NCBI GenBank assembly: GCA_964234715.1
Contig: OZ174280.1
Strand: one strand, 5' to 3'
DNA from: Podarcis melisellensis
Lineage: Eukaryota
Length of the DNA: 64,000 nt
The notes under the pieces were generated by a model. That model did not search any database. It was not told the origin of the DNA and saw only the letters and a list, made by a program, of their open reading frames with translations. Within the stretch, counting starts at the first letter, position 1, and each line of letters begins with the position of its first letter. This document shows, one piece after another, positions 11,171 through 24,538 of the stretch. The position numbers were made by a program, and so were the translations under genes.

Positions 11171-12634
11171 CAGGTGAAACTCGGAAAATTAGAATATCGT
11201 GGAAAAGTTCATTTATTTCAGTAATTCAACTTAAAAGGTGAAACTAATATATGAGATAGACTCATGACATGCAAAGCAATATATGTCAAGCCTTTTGTTT
11301 GTTATAATTGTGATATTATGGCATACAGCTGATGAAAACCCCAAATTAACAATCTCAGAAAATTAGAATATTAAATGAAATCAGCAAAACAAGGATTGCA
11401 AATAGAGCAATATTGGACCTCTGAGAAGTAGAAGCATGGATATGTACTCAGTACTTCGTTTTGCATCAATTACTGCCTCAATGCGGCGTGGCATGGATGC
11501 TATCAGCCTGTGACACTGCTGCGGTGTTATGGAAGACCAGGATGCTTCAATAGCAGCCTTCAGCTCTTCTGCATTGCTCGGTCTCATGTCTCTCATCTTT
11601 CTTTTGGTAATGTCCCATAGATTCTCTATGAGATTCAGGTCAGGCAAGTTTGCTGGCCAATCAAGCACAGTAATCCCATGGACGTTGAACTAGGTTTTGG
11701 TACTTTTGGCAGTGTAGGCAGGTGCCAAGTCTCCTGGAAAATGAAGTCAGCATCCCTATAAAGCTTGTCTGTGGAAGGAAGCATGAAGTGCTCCAAAATC
11801 TCCTGGTAGACGGCTGCGTTGATCCTGGACTTAATGGAGCACAGTGGAACAACACTAGCTGATGACATGGCTCCCCAAATCAACACAGACTGTGGAAACT
11901 TCACACGGGACTTCAAGCATCTGCCTCCCATTCCAAAAGAGGACTTGGGACCACTGAACAACAGACCAGTTCTTTTTTTCTTCAGCCCAGGTAAGACACT
12001 TCTGACGTTGTTTCTTGACAAGAGGAATACGACATTTAAAGCCCATCTCCAGGATCTGTCTCTCTGTGGTGGCTCTTGATGCACTAACTCCAGCCTCAGT
12101 CCACCCCTTGTGAAAGTCCCCAACACTTGAATGGTCTTTTCCTGACAATCCTCTCCAGGCTGCGGTCATACCTGCTGCTTTGTGCACCTTTTTCTTCCAC
12201 ACTTTTCCCTTCTGCATAACTTTCCATGAATGTGCTTCGATACAGCACTTTAGGAACATCCAACTTTTTCTGCAATTACGTTTTGAGGCTTTCTCTCCTT
12301 ATGGAGGGTCTCAGTGATGACTTTTTGCACAACTGTCAAGTCAGCAGCCTTCCCCATGATTGTGCTTCCTACTGAACCAGACTGAGAGACCATTTGCAGG
12401 TGTTATGGATTCAATAGCTACTGCACCTTTTCACAATATTCTAATTTTCTGAGATTATTAATTTGGGGTTTTCATCAGTTGTACCCCATAATCATCACAA
12501 TAACAAATAAAGGCTTGACATATCTCACTTTGCATGTCATGAGTCTATCTCATATATTAGTTTCACCTTTTAAGTTGAATTACTGAAATAAATGAAGTTT
12601 TCCACGATATTCTGATTTTCCGAGTTTTTACCTG
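11171..12634 (-). mobile_element. Tc1/mariner DNA transposon (IR/DR type, Tzf-like), both ends intact, non-functional
   Basis: TA|CAGGTGAAACTCGGAAAATTAGAATATCGTGGAAAA ... TTTTCCACGATATTCTGATTTTCCGAGTTTTTACCTG|TA. ~200-bp TIRs (11171-~11372 and ~12435-12634), each with inner and outer AAAATTAGAATAT-type direct repeats. TA target duplication. Confidence 0.95.
11448..12357 (-). pseudogene. Decayed Tc1 DD34E transposase
   Basis: Starts MGKAADLTVVQK...VGCS*SAVSKH (in-frame stop). Pieces in three frames include VKFPQSVLIWGAMS, VYQEILEHFMLPS and DWPANLPDLNLIENLW..KRKM...LIASMPRRIEAVI. The FSDES segment with the first catalytic Asp is deleted near 11930, and there are several frameshifts. Confidence 0.92.
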
Positions 12635-14340
12635 TAAATATGTGTGAAACAGTATGAAATGATGTTCTTTCTGCTTGCTTTTGTGCGCTGCAGCTTTGAT
12701 TATTAATGTAACATTCTTGCTTTCCTACCTTTTGAATAAAACATCCTGACACTATTCTTCTATCTACCTGTCTCCCAGGTGCTTTTCAAGATTTTTTTCA
12801 GTATTCCAAACTGAAAAGATAAATTGGAGGCAGAGTAGTTGGAATGACTCCACATTATTATAGTACACATTGCACTTTGCTTTTTAAAATAATCTGCTTT
12901 CCTTTAATGGAACAGAAACATATTCTCTTGTTTCAACCCTGACCACCTCCTGCACATTAAAAAAATGTGCCCCTTCTCCCCCAAATAGTAAAGTTTTCTT
13001 TACTGTGCTACTCCTTGCTTGTGGTAAACTTCAGTTTCCTGAATTACAGTAGGGCCTCAACCTAAACACTTAATAATCAAAGTACTTACAAACTAAGCTT
13101 TTGCCATCACCAGGGAATGTGTTGTCCCCCAATCTTTCCACTGAAATGCTGTTTTGAATACTGGATGATATGTTTAAAGACCACTGGCTCTCTCTTTTGA
13201 TACCTTCCTGAGGCCAGAGCCATCTCAGGAGGTGCAAGATGCAAATAGTAATTAGTTCCATTTGACAACCTAGCTATGTTCCTTATTAGGAATTTTTGCA
13301 TGGAAACCTTTTACTGCATTTGAAAATGTTCCACTACAGCCCTGGGCTGTTGGTGTTGATCACAGATGTGTTTTGATTTACTTGTGTGGTGGCTGTGGGA
13401 GGGCTGGACAGAGACCAGTATGTAACCAGGACAGTTCAACAGCTGGATCTGCTTGCTATTTCTTGAAGATTGTGCTATGTCCACAGTCCTATTAGAGAAT
13501 TGCTGTGCTTCTGCTTAATCTGGTTTTATTGTTGCTCTTTCTATACTTTCCTTATTGGGGAATGTTGGAAATATCTAATGTTTCTTTAAAATTTGTATAC
13601 ATTATTATCAATACATATATAATAAAGAACCCCCAAATAAAAGGAAGAGGTGATAGACTATGTAATAAATAAATGAAATATATATGAAGATTCTCAATAC
13701 CAAAAAACATAGATACACATTTACTATTTTTGCTTGGCAGCACCAACACTCTGGAACCCCTTGCTTACTGACATTAGGCAGACACCTTCACTATGTTATT
13801 TTCAGTGCCATATAAAAAACGTTTTGTTTTCATGTGTAATTTTATTTTATAATGTATATTTCAAACTGCTGATTTGATCTAAGTTTCATAATTTTTTTAG
13901 GTTAACTTGTTTTTATCTCTCCTTAGTAAGCCGTTTAGAAGTTTTTATGTTTAAAATTCCATATTATAAAGTATGTGTATTGGTTTTGTAGATCTTATTC
14001 AAATTATGTGGCATTAAATAATACATACCCCCCTTTCAAATTTGTGCAAATAGGTTTTGTTGGTTCTAGAATATAAACAAACATCTTATGCTAACTGTTC
14101 TTGCAATTGGAATTAAAATTATTTCTGTTTTTGTAAAACTTTCATTATTAGTAACTGGTAAATTAAAGGCAATGATCCTTTAGCTTTGGTAGTTGTGATC
14201 TGTTTTGCAAATTCAGAAATTGTGTGCTTCATTTGATTTGATACATTTTTTTAAAATCAACAAATAAAAATTGCCATTTCATTTTTCAAAATACTGAATA
14301 ACCACAAGATCATCAGTCTTTAATGGGCACTGCAGAAGCT

Positions 14341-14384
14341 CAGTGAGTAACATAGGGTACAGTGAGTAACGCTGGGTACAGTGG
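14341..14384. repeat. 19-bp tandem repeat, ~2.3 copies
   Basis: cagtgagtaacatagggta / cagtgagtaacgctgggta / cagtg; a further partial cagtaacactggg at ~14400. Confidence 0.8.
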
Positions 14385-15735
14385 TCTTGAATCTGTATTC
14401 AGTAACACTGGGAGTCAAGATTGTGCAAATAGCAGTCCTAAATAATTTCTGAAAAATTAGCAGAAAAGGGGACAGGGCAGCCTGACAATTTCAGAAATAT
14501 ATTTCAAGGAATGAATGGAGAAACTTTAGGATATGTTCAATTCAGTCTTGAGAATTAAACAGTTATGCAATTCATTGATGGTATGAACAGGAATACCATG
14601 AGTAAGGACTCTGTTACATATTTTCTGTTTGTTCTGCAATGCGCTGTCCACATGGAAGAAAGTCTCTTCTGAGTTCAGTGCATATAGTGGTTACTTACAA
14701 TGTTTCCTGAAATATACAAGGAATTGGAGCCTGAAAAAGGGCAAATGGGCTCCCTGTTTAATATATTTATATCCATGCATACTAGACTGTGCATGCCAGG
14801 ACTCTAACCTCTGCATTCTGGAGTCATATATCTTGGGAGCTTTTATCCAAGAAGCAAATAGATTTAAATAAAAAGGAAATGTGTCCACTTATTTTCCACC
14901 CTGACTGCCCACAGAAATCTGGGTTGTTTTACTCTGTTCTCTTTTTGCAATCAGTGTTGTAAGTACTTTACAAATTCAGCATTTGTTTCCAGTTTTCCCC
15001 TCCTGAGTCACCCTCAAATGCACTTAAGGTTTTTGCCTCATACTGGCTTAACCAAACAAATAAATATTTGTCATATGGACTTATTCAGTATTAAACAGTT
15101 ATTGGCATGATTTTCAACTGCTGTTCCAAGTGCATACCTTCAGTTCCTTTAGAGAGTTTATTTACTATACATTAGGCATAAATGCCTGATTGGTAATGAA
15201 AGGTAAGAGGAGAAGCCTTGGCAACAAAAGCCTGGAAACTTTTCTTTGAGCCTAAACACAGATTTCAAGTGCCCGTAGCCTGTGATTCTGTGCATACTTA
15301 GAGGATGCACAGATTGTGTCTTGTTTGGAGGGAAACAAAGCACAAGTGCTGGGTTGCATGTATTGCTAAGCCATCTGCTCCAGGGTTTGTTTCCCTGTTT
15401 GACTGAGATCGGAGTCAAGTGGGAGAGCTTGAGCTGCATGTGCCAGCACACAGCTTATGGACAGCATGGTTAAGCAAGCCATAGCTTGTGCCTTAGCACT
15501 GTATCAAAATGTGGTCCCTGCCATTTAGGAGTTCTTTTTCTGAATTATTCTTAAAGTATTTCTGCCAGAATCAATTATGCTTATTAAATACATTTATTGA
15601 AGGCATTTATCACATGCACATAAAGTTGGATGGGCAACTTTTTTGGCCCTGAGGGCCAGAGCTAGTGGTGGTAGATCAGGGACCATATACTCATTTGTAC
15701 ACGTACACACAGACACACTCATTCCCCATAACCTT

Positions 15736-15914
15736 NNNNNNNNNNNNNNNNNNNNNNNNNNNNNNNNNNNNNNNNNNNNNNNNNNNNNNNNNNNNNNNNN
15801 NNNNNNNNNNNNNNNNNNNNNNNNNNNNNNNNNNNNNNNNNNNNNNNNNNNNNNNNNNNNNNNNNNNNNNNNNNNNNNNNNNNNNNNNNNNNNNNNNNNN
15901 NNNNNNNNNNNNNN
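15736..15914. other. Assembly gap (N run)
   Basis: Run of N. Confidence 1.
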
Positions 15915-15965
15915 TCTCAGCATGAGAGGAGACATGCAATGGTATTTTTTAAAAAAATCCATATA

Positions 15966-16190
15966 CAGTTGTACCTTAGAAGTCGAACGAAATCCGTTCC
16001 GGAAGTCCATTCGATTTCCAAAACATTTGGAAACATTGGCTCCTTCAGCTAATTGGAAGCCGCAGAAGCCCCAGTGGACTTTCAGCTTCCAAAAGAATGT
16101 TTGAAAACCGGAACACTCACTTCCGGGTTTCGATTGTTCAGGAGCTGGAACGTTAGACTCCCAAGGCGTTTGGGATCCAAGGTATGACTG
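15966..16190. mobile_element. Tigger/TcMar-type MITE (225 bp)
   Basis: TA|CAGTTGTACCTTAG ... CCAAGGTATGACTG|TA: imperfect TIRs with TA duplication and a CpG-rich body. Confidence 0.75.
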
Positions 16191-19182
16191 TATCCCTCTA
16201 TCTCCCCACTCCACTCCCTATCTCTGGAGTGCTTCCTTCTGCTTTCCCTCATTTGGATTGTCTTTCTCCACTGCGGTGCTGAGTTCCATTCTGATCTTGC
16301 TTCCTCTTGCTACATCTTGCTGTTGTCTTCTTTCTTCTCTTTTGATCATCGAGTGTGCAAGGTAAAGTGTTGTATAGATGCTCTACCTGGCACATCTATG
16401 GTTGGAGGAAGCAAAGAGTAGGGTAGACAGAGGGGGCAACGTTGGCTCAGTTCTGTAAGGGAGGGGTGTTTTCTTTGGTTGTTGTTTTTTAAGTAATGGG
16501 TGGTTAGCTAAAGTGAAGTTGCTTTGGTGGCAGGGACGGTACCAAATTCAGCTGTGGCCGTGGCAAATTTAGTGGCAGAGGCGGAGGTAAATTTGACAGC
16601 AGTAGAAAACTGAGAGGCATCCAGCTGGCCACATGGGGCAGGGGGACAACTATATGTAGCCTGTGTTTTGCTCTTTGTGGTGTAAATGTATTATATATTT
16701 TTATTCAGGATGACGTGTCGCCTTCTGGATTGTTCACATAATTGATGGGGTCATTTTTAGAGAAGTCATGGGACTATCCCAGAGTTATCGTGACCTTTTG
16801 TCATGGATGAATGTATACTGGGAAGGAATATATTTTATATTGACACTTGGCAGAAACAAGCATTTCAGAAATAGGGATCCTTTAAATAGAAATATGTACT
16901 CCATGTTCCTTCACTTTCACTCATTTTTGTGTGAATAGTACAGGAGTTTGTTTTCAAAACCTGCCTACGTGATTATGGATGTAAAATCCAGATTTCTTTG
17001 GACTTACCCATTTCTGAGTAAGGTGAACACTCGGCTCTGAATAAAGATACTCTGCTTAATGAAAACAGATAGTGAATTTCAGCAAATCTGCTCTTGAAAG
17101 TTCATGAAATTCCAAACTGCTAATCTTAAGCAGTCTTACTGGACTCTTGCTCCATGACCTCAAAGCCACTTTGCACATATGTACACTGAAAATTATTTAC
17201 ATACATGTAACATTGGTGGAACACATATGTGTTTACCATAGCATGTATTATGTGCCAGGGAGTTGGAGATTTAGCCACTGTTCCTTGTCACATGTATATT
17301 TGATAGCAAATGTCCTGGCTGCCACCCAACACATACAGACAGAAGTTATTACTTGCAGGTAAGAAATAGATGTTTATTCTAGCAAAGTAATGTTACTGAC
17401 TTGGTAGTCATGATTCAGGAGTTCAGGAGCAGGGCAAGAAGTTCAGAACTAGGTCGAAGGTGATGAAGATGTCCCATCAAGGTTCCGCTTTCCTCCTGCC
17501 AAGCTTTTAAAGACAAGGCATGACATGTTCCCTTGTGAGATTCTCTCACTTGTGGGAATGCCAAAATTGCAAGCTCGTGCTCTCTCAGGACAAGAGGGTC
17601 TGATCTCACCAAAGGGGGGTGCTTGGTTCTAGGCAACAAGATTGCACCTTCCTCTTCTGGTTCTGCTTTAGTTGTTGCTGTCTTTGGTTCAGCCTCCTCC
17701 TCTGCTGATCAAAACCCTCTCCAGCCTCCACTGAGGCTCAGCATTCCACAGGAATGTCAGAGGGGAGAGCCAGCATCTCTGCTCCCCTTTCCAAAGTGAC
17801 TGAAGTTGGGGTGGAAAGATAAGCCCCCCATCTTCTGCAACCTACGTTCCTACAATTCAGCCCCTGCTTCCCATTTCTTCTTTATTTCTCGGAATCTACC
17901 AACTCAAGCCTGATCCGGACAGTGCTGCAGGGCTCATGACAGCAAAGAATGTATGATGTGGCCCTAAAACTAAGTGTAAAAGGAAAGTAAATAAGAGTTT
18001 TGTCCAACAAAATAATTACACATGTGGAATGACTTCTGCTTGCACAATGGAAATTTCCTGCTCTCCCCCCATATACTCCCAAGAGTGGGGAACTCCCAGA
18101 CCTGATCTGGGGGTGCCTGGGGAGGGGAGAGGTAGAGGAATTTCCATTTTATATGTGGAAGTCCTTCCACTTTTGCTCAGTGATTTAGTCGGGCACAACC
18201 CTAAGTAGCCACATTTAAAAAATGAAGGAATTATATATTTCCACAATAGCAAATGTTGGATATTCAGTGAACTTTTAAAAGCAGTTCCTTTGTGCAATTA
18301 GTTTTTCTCTTTATTCTCTATAGTTAACGGGGGGAAATATAATTGTTCATAAAGTTTACATAGGTTAGATCTGGCAAAGGTGAACAACTTCATAGCCCAG
18401 TTGCAGGACTAAATGAAATGAGAAACCAACTTGATAGGCTGAAGTGAGCTTCTTAGAAGCTGTTGCATGCTTTAAAGTTTCATATTTACTTTTATGCTCC
18501 TCCCAGCAATATATTTTGTGTATTGTCAAAGAGGACTTCTGCCTGCTTAACACTAATATTCAGAGTTAGATACTTAAGTGAAAATTGAGAGGAAAGGACT
18601 TCAGAACTGAATATTGCACATAAAAGACCTGCTTCTGAAGTTAATTATTTGCTCACCCAAGAACTAACATTGCACATAAGGGTTGAATCCAGCATTTCCA
18701 CAAGCAAAATTCTGCTCCTGGGATGCTTCTGCTGGCAAATTAGTTTCATGGTTTCCTCATATAATTGTAGGGACACTCAGGAACAGTGTGGAGGTGGTGA
18801 GGAGGCTGCAAAGGAAAAGTTGTCTATGAAAATGGCCTGCCCCCATTTCCCCCCGTGGGAGTCTTTGCTGGATTGCAGTCCCATCCGTGAACGGAAGGAA
18901 CCCTTCTGTTCATGGAAAGGCAACTCAGAATCCAGTCCTGTGATGTTAGTTGGCTTTGTGTGTACCAGTTGCATAAATGTGTTCCAGATTAGGTTTGCCT
19001 CTACATAGACATCTTATAGTCTACGTTCATTGTGATGATGTCACTTCATTCCAAGAGATTAAAGCCCACTAATGTTACCCTCGGGATATTTATGTTGGTT
19101 GGAGAATGTGCCCTATGAGAAATTGATGTTTTATAGTTTTTGAAGGCAAAAAGAGAGCAAGTGCTTAGCTATTTGTTCCTTA

Positions 19183-19201
19183 TGCCGGTAGAGGGCACTG
19201 C
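19183..19201 (+). promoter_or_regulatory. Candidate CTCF site
   Basis: tgCCGGTAGAGGGCACtgc fits the CCASYAGRKGGCRS core with one mismatch. Motif match only. Confidence 0.4.
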
Positions 19202-22200
19202 TGCTATATATTATTGCATTTGGAATCCGTGATGAAAAGTTGAAACCTGTGAAAAATTGCATAGAGCAGTTGGGGAGTGGGCTTGCGGCCCTTGCTTTAA
19301 AGTTGTTGGAGCCTTCCTATTCCCTTCTGTTAGCTTGAAAGTGGATTCCCATATGGATCTAGAAAGCTGTCTTGGACATTGTGTGACCGAGCTTTCTTCT
19401 AAGGGAGGCTCCCCTTTGAAGGGACATACTGTACGGTAAATAGCTTTTGTGAGGATGGGTAGACTTCTGGTAGCTGTAAGGGTTTGATGTGCTAGAGTAA
19501 GCCAAACCCTCAAGCCTCTGTACTTGCTACATTTGCTCGTTAGAATTGTATCTTGCTTGTGCCCACTTCTCTTTCTTCTTCCCATTTTATGTGCCACTAA
19601 TATGCCTCCTGTGCACACCAGTGGAGGCATAGTAAGCAAGTGGAATCGTGCAGTTCCCACCCCTATGCATTAGTGCAATTTCAAATAATGCTCAAATTAA
19701 GAGTGAAACCCCCGGGTGCAAGGCTCTGTGTTTGGGGCTGAATCACCAGATGCTCTAACATGTACTGTCAGGCATCTTTTTGTTTTGAGAAATGAACAAT
19801 CCTCTACATGTTTATTCAGAAGAAATAGCATAATTTTTAAAGGGGCTTACTTCTAGGTAAACAGGTACAGGATTGTAGCCTTAGTCAATAATGTTTGTTT
19901 CATAATTTGAAAATAGTGTAAGGGATAATGAATATGCTTATACATTTAGATTCCCGCAAACTGTCAACATATTCAAAAGAATCATTTGGAAACATTAATT
20001 CAGTATTCCATTTGATCTTAATGCTCAGTTTTTATATTCCCACACCTAGCAGAATTATCTGTTGTTTCTCTCCTCTTTCTCTACTTTTTTTAAAAAAATA
20101 AAAATATACATTTAGAACTACATTCTGCCCAACATTACTGTCAGTGAAGAGCAGTATATCTTTGTCACACATGCCCCCAAAGGGATGCTTTCCATAAGAG
20201 ATTCCCTTTCAGCCCTGAGCTGACTTGGAAATCTTTTAACTACAGAAACTTTTCAATGAAAATTGAATTGAAGAGGGAAGGCAGCTGCCTCATAATACCA
20301 AGATTAATAAAATAACTGCTGCCATTTATGAGGTGCTCTGGTACTGGAAATAGCCCAGTAAACCAACATAACTGTAAGCTTGCCAATCCCATGAGAGCAT
20401 GATACCTTGCCTCTGTGCCTGACATTAACAGGTGGGTGGAAATATTCCAAGACGTGGTTGGGAGGAAATGACAGATACCTTCTCAGGTCTGCCTTTTTCC
20501 AGGGTTTTGAGCAAGAATTCATGGCTAAACTGTGTGGGCAGCTCCTATTTCTGAAGGGTTATTCATGAGAGGTTTAGTGACAGGTTTGACTAGAGAAATG
20601 GAAGTGTTATTTATACTGAATCACAAGAGATGCTCTGTGAAGGTGTATGGTCAAGTAAACAATACAGAACTCTCAATTCTTGTAGGACTTTCATGGTATT
20701 ATTGAGCTTCTTCTGTGACCTCAAACATCTCTTAGTTCATTTGTGATTAATGTGTGTGAGTGTTTGTACATGCACTTATTCATTTATAAGATTTCTTACC
20801 TACCCTTCACCATAAAGTCCTAAGGTGGGTGACAGCTCTCAAATATACAATTATAGAACCAAAGAAAACCACCACAATTATAAAATACATAAAACCATTC
20901 AAATATGAAATGGAAGAGTATAAATTCTGCAAAAGAGGTAGGCACCACAAAACAAAATAACTTAACTGTCAAATGCAAGAGTAATGATATGCAGCTTCAG
21001 CTTTCAACATTCTGTGCGTTGAAGACGCTAGATGCACATACATGTGTGACCTTTCAGTAAGTGGGTGGGACCAACAAACCTGTCAAATGTCTTTCCTGTG
21101 AAGATCTCATGCTCAGTTTTCCTATAAGCCTCATGCTATTGCAAATCTCTGCTGGAACAGAACAGCCTATTAATATACTGTTGATTGAATAGATGGTGGT
21201 TGCTACCAAGTGAAGCTGACACTTCCCCTGCTTATTGGGGCTTATACAGGAACTCTGCAACATGAACAGCTGATGTAGAAGAGACTTGGTGACTTACCAC
21301 AGGGCTTCCAGATATTTGTTGCTAATCCTCATGGTACTCTGATCAGATAAAACATTTCTCTGCATTTACACTTCTGGATGACATAGGATGTTATTCTTCT
21401 CATTAGATCATGTCTTTCCCAAGTGCTAATTTGAAAGGCCACATTGTGGTTTGGTTTTCATACTCAGTACGGTGCAAGGAATGTGGTTCTTTTTGAAAAT
21501 GTTCCAGCTCTATTTGTCTAGGGCTGGAGTAGTTTGCTTCCTTGTCATCTGCTCTTGTTTAATAGTCTCACAGCCATGCTGCTTACAGAGCTGACTGGTA
21601 ACTCGCAGAGCCTGGTCTCTGGCTTTTTTAAAATGTCCAAACTTTTCCCATGAAGCAGATCCTTTTCTGCTCTGAGATCATGCTCCCATTTGTGGGAATT
21701 TTCTTTCATTTGAGTTTCTTGGCCTCTTGTCAGAGCTGCAGTGGGCTTGCTTAGTTTTTCAGCTTGGAAGCTTTCAAACCAAGTATCTCTGTCAAACGAC
21801 CCTTAGGCCAAGGAGGACAGCTCTGACCCTGAACTTTAGCCCCGAACTGTGGCTTTTTTATTCCTAAAATGCAAGTGTCTTGATTTGTGGATCTGTTTTT
21901 ACTTTATTATTTATTACACCATAGGTCACAGGGTTTATGCAAGCACAAGTCTAATCTGTTTGTAATTTTTAGTTTAAAAATATTGCATGCTGCTTTTGGT
22001 CTCTGTATGTCATGCCTTTTTCTCTCTGCAAAGTATGTTCACTCCCAGCTTGGGGCAATGATCATGTAAGGCAGCGGAGGGCCAGGAACATCTTACAACT
22101 TGCAGTTCAAAGTTACAGCTGTTGTGAGTCAGCCAGCCAAGGCCTGCATCCATGAGGGCAATAGTAGAAAACCAGAGGCATTGACTGGATCTGTTCAGTG

Positions 22201-23434
22201 TCAGCTTTCATTGAATAAATGTCTTGTTGAAGCCCTTGTAATGAAGAGAGAAGTGGGGCACTGCCACTTCATACAGAAAGGGTGTCTGGGAGAGCTCTTA
22301 GTCACCAGATAGTTTAGTTTATCTCCCCTGTTTCGCTCTTCTTTCTTGTGCTTCAGTCTTGCTTGCTGCTTGTTCGTATTGTCAGCGGAATTGAGACAGG
22401 CAAGCTTTATCTGTGTAAAGCTGTCAAGAATGAAATCGCTGACAATTTTCTAGGCAGCTGAGCCAGAAGATTTTAAGTTTTGGGAGATTTTGGCTGCAAA
22501 AATCCTTTCTGAGAAACTGAGAAGCATTGTTGCCTTTATGGGAAGAACGTTCATTTGAGAGATGCCTGGCATTGTCAAAGTTTAAGGAAAATCTTCCTTG
22601 ATTCATAGGGGACTATTAAATTTGGGATAAACATTACTATTTTAAGAGGTTGATGTTTGATCTGCTCTTGTACTTGACAAAGGGATCTAATGATTTCATA
22701 TCTCCTTTTTGGGCATATCTATAAGAAATCTGTAGTACACATATGCAACATGCACATTTGCATGTTTATTTAATTTGCTTTCACTCCTTGTGCTTTCCTT
22801 CCTCACCTTTTACAGTTCACAGAATCACATATTTTATTTCTATATAACTTGCAACTACTGCTTACATTTCAAAAACTAGTTATAAACCATTTGTGATTCT
22901 GCATAAACCTGATTTGGAATAATTGCCATGGATATCCAAAGAATTAAAAAAAAATACATTGAACAATAAAAAGCAGTTGCAAGATGGTTCTTTACTTCAT
23001 TCACAAGGATCCTAGGAAGCCCAGGCCTTACCAACTGAATTGGCTGAGCATCTTTTGGGTTCTGGAACACACACCAATAAGCAGTTAAAATTCTTGTTCT
23101 TTATCAGCCAATTTGAGATGCAATACCTCAGTGAATCCTCTCTGTTTACCTGTATATTATTTCAGGCAAAGATGGAATGAATGAACAGGGAACTTTTAAA
23201 AAAAGAATGAGTTCTCACATATGTATGTTTGTGTATGCAGATGTAGGCATGACCCATGTATCTCACTATGTGGGAAGAGCATCTTGTGGTAACTATAAGA
23301 GATGTATTTTGCTAGATGACAGCTCCTGGATTTTGAGAAATTAGTTTTTTTAAACTCTGAATTTTAAAACTCTGTGGATTCAAAAACTTTTTTTAAAAAA
23401 TGGGACAATATGAGTTTTCATGCTTTCTTTAGAG

Positions 23435-23755
23435 CATGGGTAGGCAAACTAAGGCCCAGGAGCCGGAGCCGGCCCAATCGCCTTCTAAATCCGGCCCGCG
23501 GAAGGTCCAGGAATCAGCATATTTTTACATGAGTAGAATGTGTCCTTTTATTTAAAATGCATCTCTGGGTTATTTGTGAGGCCTGTCTGGTGTTTTTACA
23601 TGAGTAGAAGGTGTGCTTTTATTTAAAATGCATCTCTAGGTTATTTGTGAGGCATAGGAATTCATTCATCCCCCCCCCCCACATATAGTCCGGCCCCCCA
23701 CAAGGTCTGAGGGACAGTAGACTGGCTCCCTGCTGAAAAAGTTTACTGACCCCTG
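23435..23755 (+). mobile_element. hAT-family MITE, complete (321 bp)
   Basis: Imperfect TIRs CATGGGTAGGCAAACT / AGTTTACTGACCCCTG and a perfect 8-bp TSD CTTTAGAG at 23427-23434 and 23756-23763. Internal tandem copies of tttttacatgagtagaa...aaaatgcatctct.ggttatttgtg. Confidence 0.9.
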
Positions 23756-24409
23756 CTTTAGAGCCTTCAGGGTCTGCTTGGATGGCTGCCATCTTTTGTT
23801 GGCGAAGCAGTTTTGTGAGCTTGCAAAAACCTGGTGTTGTGTTTTTTTTGCAGGGGTTACCCTTCAAAGGAAGCTTTCTGATTCCAAGTAAGGAACATGC
23901 TAGAAAAGCTTTCACCAATCTCACAGTGTCTATGTGCGTGTGAGTGTACACAGTAAATTTAGGTTGAAGCAACTCTGCATCTTTATAAACTTAATGACTC
24001 CCATCTTTCAATGCATTTTTAACATAAGAATTGCTTTAGGTACATATGCTTCTCAGTTGGGCCTCACAGGCGCACCTCCAACTTTTGTGGTCCATGGGGG
24101 TAATTTAGTGAAACACACACAGAGTAAGACTTTGTAAAGCAATCTCATTTTAAGGAGGTAGTTTATTAAAGTAGAAAATCCAGAATTTATTGGAAATGCT
24201 TTTTACAATCAGATGTTTCCGGCTGCTGGATCCTGTTGCTGCTTTCCTTCAGTAAAGGGAATAAAAATGCACCATGGGCCCCTTTCTTCTGTCAGTTTGG
24301 ACAGGCAACCTGACTGAGGCTCAATCCATAAGTTAACTTGCTAGTAGCTTCCAGTCCCCCTGTTTCAATTCTGCCATGTCCCTCTTTTCAAAAGCATAAT
24401 ACATGGTAT

Positions 24410-24538
24410 NNNNNNNNNNNNNNNNNNNNNNNNNNNNNNNNNNNNNNNNNNNNNNNNNNNNNNNNNNNNNNNNNNNNNNNNNNNNNNNNNNNNNNNNNNN
24501 NNNNNNNNNNNNNNNNNNNNNNNNNNNNNNNNNNNNNN
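24410..24538. other. Assembly gap (N run)
   Basis: Run of N. Confidence 1.

Noticed and set aside
11381-12259. Active transposase gene
   Set aside because: In-frame stop, frameshifts and deletion of the first catalytic Asp region.
15594-16214. Long ORFs (206 and 153 aa), and similar ones at 24333-24639
   Set aside because: They are open only because they cross N gaps.
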